DNA of 64,000 nucleotides from the human T2T-CHM13v2.0 reference genome, Homo sapiens: the NCBI RefSeq assembly GCF_009914755.1, contig NC_060933.1; one strand, written 5' to 3'. Positions 54,891-64,000 of the stretch are shown here, one piece after another (position 1 is the stretch's first letter; each line of letters begins with the position of its first letter). A program made the position numbers and the translations under genes. The notes beneath the pieces were generated by a model. It was given only the letters and a program-made list of their open reading frames with translations. It was not told the origin of the DNA and made no database searches.

Positions 54891-57800
54891 TCCATTCCAT
54901 TCCATTTCGTTCCATTCCATTCTGTTCCGTATCATTCCATTCCATTCCATTACATTCCATTCCATTCCATTCCATTCCACTCGTGTTGATTCCATTCCTT
55001 TCCATTCCATTCGGTTTGAAGGCATTCCATTCCATTCCATTCCATTCCTTTCCATTCCATTCCATTGTACTCGGGTTGATTCCATTCCATTGCATTCCAT
55101 TCCATGCCATTCCATTCCATTCCGGATGATTCCATTCCATTACATTCCGTTCCATTACATTCCCTTGCACTCGCGTTGATTCCATTCGATTCCATTCCAT
55201 TCCATTCAATTCCATTCCATTACAATTCGTTCCATTCCATTCTATTCCGTACCATTCCATTCCATTCCATACCATTCCATTCCATTCCATTCCATTCCAT
55301 TCCATTCCATTCCATTCGGTTCCATTCCATTCCATTCCATTCTATTCGGGTTAATTCCATTCCATTCCATTCCATTCCATTCCATTCTATTCCATTCCAT
55401 TGTAATCGAGTTGAATCCATTGCATTTCATTCCATTCCATTCCATTCCATTCCATTCCGGAAGATTCCATTCCATTGCATTCCATTCCATTCCATTCCCC
55501 TGCACTCGCGTTGATTCCATTCCATTCCATTCCATTCCATTCCATCCATTCCATTCCGTTCTGTTCCATTCCATTCCATTCCATTCCATTCCGTTCCGTT
55601 CCATTCCATTCCACTCCATTCTATTCGGGTTAATTCCATTCCATTCCATTCGATTGCAATCGAGTTGATTCCATTCCATTCCATTCCATTCCATTCCATT
55701 CCATTCCATTCCTTTCCCTTCCATTACGGATGATTCCATTCCATTGCATTCCACTCCACTCCATTCCCCTGTACTCGGGTTGATTCCATTCCATTCCATT
55801 CCAATCCACGCCATTCCACTCGTGTTGATTCCATTCTTTCCATTCCATTCAAGTTGAATCCATTCCATTGCATTCTATTCCATTCGATTCCATTCGATTG
55901 CACTTGGGTTGATTCCATTCCATTGCATTCCATTCCATTCCATTCCATTCCATTCCATTCCATTCCATTCCGTTCCATTCCATTCCATTACATTCGGATT
56001 GATTCTATTCAATTCCCTTACGCTCCATTACATTCCATTCCATTCGGGTAGTTTCCATTCCATTCCATTCCATTCCTCTCCATTCCATTGCACTCGGGTT
56101 GATTCCATTCCATTGCATTCCATTCCATTCCATTCCATTCCATTCCATTCCATTCCATTCCATTCCATTACATTCGGATTGATTCTATTCAACTCCCTTA
56201 CTCTCCATTACATTCCATTGCATTCGGGTTGTTCCATTCCATTCCATTCCATTCCATTCCACTCCATTCCATTGCACTCGGGTTGATTCCATTCCATTCC
56301 ATTCCATTCCATTCCATTCCATTCCATTGCAATCGAGTTGATTCCATTCCATTCCATTCCATTCCATTCCACTCCATTCCAGTCCTTTCCATTCCATTCC
56401 ACTCGGGTTGATTCCAATGTATTCCTTTCAATTCCATTACATTCCATTGCAATCGAGTTGATTCCATTGCTTTGCATTCCATTCCATTCCTTTCCATTCC
56501 GGATGATTCCATTCCATTGCATTCCATTCCATTCCATTCCCCTGCACTCGGGTTGATTCCATTCCATTCCACTCCATGCCGTTCCATTCCATTCCATTCC
56601 ATTGTATTCCGGTTAATTCCATTCCATTCCATTCCATTCCATTCCATTCCATTCCATTCCATTACAATCGAGTTGATTCCATTCCATTCCATTCCATTCC
56701 AGTCCTTTCCATTCCATTCCACTCGGGTTGATTCCATTCTATTAGTTTCCATTCCATTCCATTCCCTTCCATTCCACTCTTGTTGATACCATTCCTTTCC
56801 ATTCCACTCGAATACATTCCCTCCTATTCCACTCGGAACGATTCCATTCCATTCCATTCCATTTCGTTCCATTCCATTCTATTCCGTATCATTCCATTCC
56901 ATTCCATTCCAATTCCATTCCATTCCATTCCATTCCATTCCATTCCATTCCATTCCATTGTACTCAGGTTGATTCAATTCCATTGCATTCCATTCCATTC
57001 CATTCCATTCCATTCCATTCCGTTGCATTCCATTCCATTACATTCGGATTGATTCTATTCAACTCCCTTACTCTCCATTACATTCCATTCCATTCGGGTT
57101 GTTCCATTCCATTCCATTCCATTCCACTCCATTCCATTGCACTCGGGTTGATTCCATTCCATTGCATTCCATTCCATTCCATTCCATTCCATTCCGGATG
57201 ATTCCATTCCATTGCATTCCGTTCCATTACATTCCCCTGCACTCGCGTTGATTCCATTCCATTCCATTCAATTCCATTCCATTACAATTCGTTCCATTCC
57301 ATTCTATTCCGTACCATTCCATTCCATTGCATACCATTCCATTCCATTCCATTCCATTCCATTCCGTTCCATTCCATTCCATTCCATTCCATTCTATTCG
57401 GATTAATTCCATTCCATTCCATTCCTTTCCATTCTATTCCATTCCATTGCAATCTAGTTGAAACCATTGCATTTCATTCCATTCCATTCCATTCCATTCC
57501 TTTCCGGAAGATTCCATTCCATTGCATTCCATTCCATTCCATTCCCCTGCACTCGCGTTGATTCCATTCCATTCCATTCCATTCCATTCCATTCCATTTC
57601 GTTCCGTTCCATTCCATTCCATTCCATTCCATTCCATTCCGTTGCATTCCATTCCATTACATTCGGATTGATTCTATTCAACTCCCTTACTCTCCATTAC
57701 ATTCCATTCCATTCGGGTTGTTCCATTCCATTCCATTCCATTCCACTCCATTCCATTGCACTCGGGTTGATACCATTGCATTCCATTCCATTCCATTCCA

Positions 57801-57959
57801 TTCCATTCCATTCCGTTCCGGATGATTCCATTCCATTGCATTCCGTTCCATTACATTCCCCTGCACTCGGGTTTATTCCTTTCCATTGCATTCCATTCCA
57901 TTCCATTCCATTCCATTCCATTCCATTCCATTCCATTCTGTTCCATTCCATTACATTCG

Positions 57960-60900
57960 GATTGATTCTATTCAACTCCCTTACTCTCCATTACATTCCA
58001 TTCCATTCGGGTTGTTCCATTCCATTCCATTCCATTCCACTCCATTCCATTGCGCTCGGGTTGATTCCATTCCATTCCATTCCATTCTGGATGATTCCAT
58101 TCCATTGCATTCCGTTCCATTACATTCCCCTGCACTCGGGTTGATTCCATTCCATTCCATTCCATTCCTTTCGATTCCATTCCATTCCAATTCTTTCCAT
58201 TCCATTCTATTCCGTACCATTCCATTCCATTCCATACAATTCCATTCCATTCCATTCCACTCTGTTCCGTTCCGTTCCGTTCTGTTCCGTTCCATTCCAT
58301 TCCATTCCATTCTATTCGGTTTAATTCCATTCCATTCCATTCCATTCCATTCCATTCCATTCCATTCTATTCTATTCCATTCCATTGCAATCGAGTTGAA
58401 TCCATTGCATTCCATTCCATTCCATTCCATTCCATTCAATTCCGGAAGATTCCATTCCATTGCATTCCATTCCATTGCATTCCATTCCATTCCATTCCAT
58501 TCCATTCCATTCCATTGTACTCGGGTTGATTCCATTCCATTGCATTCCATTCCATTCCATTCCATTACATTCCATTCCACTCCATTCCGTTGCACTCGGG
58601 TTGATTCCATTCCATTCCATTCCATTCCATTGCATTCCGGATGATTCCATTCCATTGCATTCCGTTCCATTACATTCTCCTGCACTCGGCTTGATTCCAT
58701 TCCATTCCTTTCCATTTCATTCGATTCCATTCCATTCCCCGGCACTCGCGTAGATTACATTCCATTCCATTCCATTCCATTCCATTCCATTCCATTCCTT
58801 TCCGTTCCATTCCATTCCATTCCATTCCGTTCCGTTCCATTCCATTCCATTCCATTCTATTCGGGTTAATTCCATTCCATTCCATTCGATTGCAATCGAG
58901 TTGATTCCATTCCATTCCATTCCATTCCATTCCATTCCATTCCATTCCATTCCTTTCCATTCCATTACGAATGATTCCATTCCATTGCATTCCATTCCAT
59001 TCCATTCCATTCCATTCCATTCCGTTCCGTTCCATTCCATTCCATTCCAACCTATTCGGGTTAATTCCATTCCATTCCATTCCATTCCATTCCATTCCAT
59101 TCCATTCCGTTCCGTTCCGTTCCGTTCCGTTCCGTTCCGTTCCATTCCATTCCACTCCATTCTATTCGGGTTAATTCCATTCCATTCCATTCGATTGCAA
59201 TCGAGTTGATTCCATTCCATTCCATTCCATTCCATTCCATTCCATTCCAATCGAGTTGATTCCATTCCATTCCATTCCATTCCATTCCACTCCATTCCAG
59301 TGCTTTCCATTCCATTCCACTCGGGTTGATTCCAATGTATTCCTTTCAATTCCATTCCATTGCATTGCAATCGAGTTGATTCCATTGCTTTGCATTCCAT
59401 TCCATTCCATTCCATTCCGGATGATTTCATTCCATTGCATTCCATTCCATTCCATTCCCCTGCACTCGCGTTGATTCCATTCCATTCAATTCCATTCCAT
59501 TCCATTCCATTCCATTCCGTTCCGTTCCATTCCATTCCATTCCATTCCATTCCATTCCATTCCATTCTGTTCCGTTCCATTCCATTCCATTCCATTCTAT
59601 TCGGGTTAATTCCATTCCATTCCATTCGATTTCAATCGAGTTGATTCCATTCCATTCTATTCCATTCCATTCCATTCCATTCCATTCCTTTCCATTCCAT
59701 TACGGATGATTCCATTCCATTGCATTCCATTCCATTCCATTCCCCTGTACTCGGGTTGATTCCATTCCATTCTATTCCAATCCATGCCATTCCACTCGTG
59801 TTGATTCCATTCTTTCCATTCCATTCAAGTTGAATCCATTCCATTGCATTCCATTCCATTCGATTCCATTCGATTGCACTCGGGTTGATTCCATTCCATT
59901 GCATTCCATTCCATTCCATTACATTCCATTCCATTCCGTTCCATTCCATTTCATTACATTCAGATAGATTCTATTGAATTCCCTTACACTCCATTATATT
60001 CCCATCCATTCTGGTTGTCTCCATTCCATTCCATTCCATTTCACTCCATTCCATTGCACTCGGGTTGATTCCATTCCATTCCATTCCATTGCATTCCATT
60101 CCATTCCATTCCGGATGATTCCATTCCATTGCATTCCATTCCATTCCATTCCCCTGCACTCGGGTTGATTCCATTCCATTCCATTCCATTACATTCCGTT
60201 CCATTCCATTCCATTCCATTCGGATTGATTCTATTCAATTCCCTTACACTCCATTACATTACATTCCATTCGGGTAGTTTCCATTCCATTCCATTCCATT
60301 CCTCTCCATTCCATTGCACTCGGGTTGATTTCATTCCATTCCATTCCATTCCATTCCATTCCATTACATTACATTCCATTCCGTTCCATTGTACTCGGGT
60401 TGATTCCATTCCATTGCATTCCATTCCATTCCATTCCATTCCAATCCATTCCATTCCATTCCGTTCCATTCCATTACATTCGGATTGATTCTATTCAACT
60501 CCCTTACTCTCCATTACATTCCATTCCATTCGGGATGTTCCATTCCATTCCATTCCATTCCACTCCATTCCATTGCGCTCAGGTTGATTCCATTCCATTC
60601 CATTCCATTCCATTCCATTCCATTCCATTCCATTCCGGATGATTCCATTCCATTGCATTCCGTTCCATTACATTCCCATGCACTCGGGTTGATTCCATTC
60701 CATTCCATTCCATTCCATTCGATACCATTCCATTCCAATTCTTTCCATTCCATTCTATTCCGTACCATTCCATTCCATTCCATACAATTGCATTCCATTC
60801 CATTCCACAACGTTCCGTTCCGTTCCGTTCTTTTCCGTTCCATTCCATTCCATTCCATTCTATTCGGTTTAATTCCATTCCATTCCATTCCATTCCATTC

Positions 60901-61590
60901 CATTCTATTCCATTCCATTGCAATACAGTTGAATCCATTGCATTCCATTCCATTCCATTCCATTCCGTTCCATTCCGGAAGATTCCATTCCATTGCATTC
61001 CATTCCATTCCATTCCATTCCATTGTACTCGGGTTGATTCCATTCCATTGCATTCCATTGAATTCCATTCCATTCCATTCCATTCCGTTCCATTCCATTC
61101 CATTCCATTCGGATTGATTCTTTTCAACTCCCTTACTCTCCATTACATTCCATTCCATTCGGGTTGTTCCATTCCATTCCATTCCATTCCACTCCATTCC
61201 ATTGCACTCGGGTTGATTCCATTCCATTCCATTCCATTCCATTGCATTCCGGATGATTCCATTCCATTGCATTCCGTTCCATTACATTCTCCTGCACTCG
61301 GCTTGATTCCATTCCATTCCTTTCCATTCCATTCGATTCCATTCCATTCCCCGGCACTCGCGTAGATTCCATTCCATTCCATTCCATTCCATTCCATTCC
61401 ATTCCTTTCCGTTCCATTCCATTCCATTCCATTCCGTTCCGTTCCATTCCATTCCATTCCATTCTATTCGGGTTAATTCCATTCCATTCCATTCGGTTGC
61501 AATCGAGTTGATTCCATTCCATTCCATTCCATTCCATTCCATTCCATTCCAGTCCTTTCCATTCCTTTCCATTCCATTACTGATGATTCC
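57960..61590 (+). repeat. Diverged duplication, ~57.96-58.98 kb vs ~60.48-61.59 kb (offset ~2.5-2.6 kb)
   Basis: ACATTCTCCTGCACTCGGCTTG (58672/61284) and CCGGCACTCGCGTAGATT (58739/61351) occur only here, at offset 2,612. TGCGCTC and CATACAATT are shared at offsets of ~2,520-2,550. Confidence 0.75.
59108..59142 (+). repeat. (CGTTC)7 run of a variant pentamer
   Basis: Seen: seven consecutive CGTTC units. Runs of five occur at ~37953 and ~47882. Confidence 0.85.
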
Positions 61591-64000
61591 ATTCCATTGC
61601 ATTCCATTCCATTCCATTCCCCTGTACTCGGGTTGATTCCATTCCATTCCATTCCATTCCAATCCATGCCATTCCACTCGTGTTGATTCCATTCTTTCCT
61701 TTCCATTCAAGTTGAATGCATTCCATTGCATTCCATGGCATTCGATTCCATTCGATTGCACTCGGGTTGATTCCATTCCATTGCATTCCATTCCATTCCA
61801 TTCCATTCCATTCTGTTCCATTCCATTTCATTACATTCAGATTGATTCTATTCAATACCCTTACACTCCATTATATTCCAATCCATTCTGGTTGTTTCCA
61901 TTCCATTCCATTCCATTCCACTCGTGTTGATTCCATTTTATTAGTTTCCATTCCATTCCATTCCCTTCCATTCCACTCTGGTTGATTCCATTCCTTTCCA
62001 TTCTACTCGATTGCATTCCCTTCTATTCCACTCGGATTGATTCCATTCCATTCCGTTCCATTCCATTCCATTTCGTTCCATTCCATTCTATTCCATTCCA
62101 TTCCATTCCATTCCATTCCATTCCATTCCGTTCCATTCCATTCCATTCCATTCCATTTCTTTCAATTCCATTCTATTCCATACCATTCCATTCCATTCCG
62201 TTCCATGCCATTCCACTCGGGTTGATTCCATTGCTTTCCATTCCATTTGGGTTGAATCCATTCCATTCCATTCCATTCCATTCCATTCCATTCCATTCCA
62301 TTCCATTGCATTCCATTCCATTGCACTAGGTTTGATTCCATTCCACTGCATTCCATTCCATTCCATTCCATTCCATTCCGTTCCATTCCATTCCATTACA
62401 TTCCTATTGATTGTATTCAATTCCCTTACACTCCATTATATTCCATTCCATTCGGGTTGTTTCCATTCCATTCCATTCCATTCCACTCCATTCCATTGCA
62501 GTCGGGTTGATTCCATTCCATTCCATTCCATTCCCTTCCATTCCATTTCGTTCCATTCCATTCTATTCCATACCATTCCATTCCATTCCATTCCATTCCA
62601 TTCCATTCCATTCCATTCCATGGCATTCCACTCAGGTTGATTCCTTTCCATTCCATTCCATTCGGGTTGAAACCATTCCATTCCATTCCATTCCATTCCA
62701 TTCCATTCCATTCAATTCCGGATGATTGCATTCCATTGCCTTCCATTCAATTGCATTCCCCTGCACCCGGGTTGATTCCATTCAATTCCATTCCATTCCA
62801 TTCCGTTCCATTCCATTCCATACCATTCCATTCCATTCCATTCCATTCTATTCGGGTTAATTCCATTCCATTCCATTCCATTCCATTCAATTTCATTGCA
62901 ATCGGGTTGATTCCATTCCGTTCCATTCCATTGCATTCCATTCCATTCCATTCCATTCCATTCCATTCCATTCCACTCGGGTTGATTCCATTCCTTTCCA
63001 TTCCATTCGGGGTGAAGCCTTTCCATTCCATTCCATTCCTTTCGATTCCATTCCATTGCACTCGGGTTGATCCCATTCCATTGCATTCCATTCCATTCCA
63101 TTCCATTCCATTCCATTCCATTCCATTCCGTTCCATTCAATTCCATTACATTCGGATTGTTTCTATTCAATTCCCTTACAATCCATCACATTCCATTCCA
63201 TTCGGGTTGTTTCCATTCCATTCCATTCCATTCCATTCAGTATGATTCCATTCCATTGCATTCTATTCCATTCCATTCCCCTGCACTCGGGTGGATTCCA
63301 TTCTATTCCATTCCATTCCATTCCATTCCATTCCATTCCATTCCATTCCATTGAAATCTAGTTGATTCCATTCCATTCCATTCCATTCAATTCCATTCCA
63401 TTCCTTTCTATTCGGGTTAATTCCATTCCCTTCCATTCCATTCCCTTCCATTCCATTCCATTCCATTCCTTTTCATTCCATTCCATTCCATTCTATTAGG
63501 GTTAATTCCATTCCATTCCATTCCATTCCATTCCATTCCATTGCAAAAGAATTGATTCCATTCCATTCCATTCCACTCCATTCCTTTCAATTCCATTTAA
63601 CTCGGGTTGATCCCATTCCATTCCATGCCATTCCATTTCATTCCAATCCATTGCCTTCCATTCCATTCCATTCCTCTGCACTCGGGTTGATTCCATTCCA
63701 TTCCATTCCATTCCATTGCATTCCATTCCATTCAGGATGATTCCATTCCATTGCATTCCATTCCATTCCATTCCCCTGCACTCGTGTTGATTCCATTCCT
63801 TTCCATTCCATTCCATTCCGTTCCATTCCATTCCATTACATTCGTACTGATTGTACTCAATTCCCTTACACTCCATTACATTCCATTCCATTCGGGTTGT
63901 TTCCATTCCATTCCATTCCATTCCACTCCATTCCATTCCATTTCGTTCCATTCCATTCTACTCCATACCATTCCATTCTATTCCATTCCCTTCCATGCCA

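Larger units (their letters stand above)
1..64000 (+). repeat. Human/primate satellite III (HSat3) array, (CATTC)n with ACTCGGGTTG-type interruptions; C-rich strand on + throughout
   Basis: Seen: ATTCC pentamer dominates every line, with recurring interruptions ACTCGGGTTG (e.g. 321-330), ATTCGGGTTAA, GCAATCGAGTTG, ACTCGCGTTG, ACTCGTGTTG and CCGGATGA. Established: ATTCC repeats interspersed with A(T/C)TCGGGTTG define classical satellite 3, whereas HSat2 is CATTCGATTC-dominated. Subfamily and chromosome cannot be assigned without a k-mer comparison. Confidence 0.97.

Noticed and set aside
208-63951. Hundreds of ORFs encoding (MEWNG)n or (IPFHS)n
   Set aside because: ATTCC/GGAAT contains no stop codon in any frame, so ORFs overlap in all six frames. 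They have no domain, splice or promoter context and are not called as CDS.
1-64000. CRISPR-like repeat/spacer alternation
   Set aside because: The apparent spacers are a small reused vocabulary of pentamer derivatives, not unique sequences. There is no fixed-length direct repeat and there are no cas genes.
1-64000. HSat2 or DYZ1 assignment
   Set aside because: CATTCGATTC is only occasional and long pure ATTCC runs dominate, so not HSat2. No regular ~3.6-kb period is visible, so not DYZ1. A chromosome or subfamily call needs a k-mer comparison I cannot run.
1-64000. SatIII lncRNA as an annotated ncRNA on the - strand
   Set aside because: Transcription is plausible for the family, but no start, end or expression of this array can be read from the sequence.
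1-64000. Inversion breakpoint or Alu/L1/ERV insertion
   Set aside because: I found no (GGAAT)n tract on the + strand, no poly(A) tail and no non-satellite stretch longer than a few tens of bp.

Overview
The whole 64 kb is one uninterrupted, single-orientation array of primate (most likely human) classical satellite III (HSat3). The + strand is C-rich (CATTC/ATTCC)n and the - strand is G-rich (GGAAT)n. The pentamer is punctuated by variant ~10-mers, chiefly A(C/T)TCGGGTTG (= CAACCCGA(G/A)T on the G-strand). I see no genes, RNA genes, transposon insertions, CRISPR array or strand switch. All ORFs, (MEWNG)n and (IPFHS)n, are translations of the pentamer. The real structure is a nested duplication history readable from private variants. 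A ~6.3-kb higher-order unit occurs in about 3 tandem copies (18.3-37.7 kb), with a 1,073-bp indel and an internal ~2.75-kb tandem duplication. There is also a ~1.3-kb tandem duplication (38.0-40.6 kb), a ~9.4-kb-offset duplicate, a collinear long-range paralog (0-14.6 kb vs 51.6-58.6 kb) and a more diverged right end. The most suggestive functional signals are about 40 perfect heat-shock-element-like 15-mers (aTTCcgGAAgaTTCc) with a central CpG, and a small inverted CATTCC-ACTC-GGAATG hairpin that is cleanly deleted in two copies. I cannot support a claim of a novel biological system. Coordinates and counts were read by eye, and duplication boundaries are approximate (+/-50 bp).
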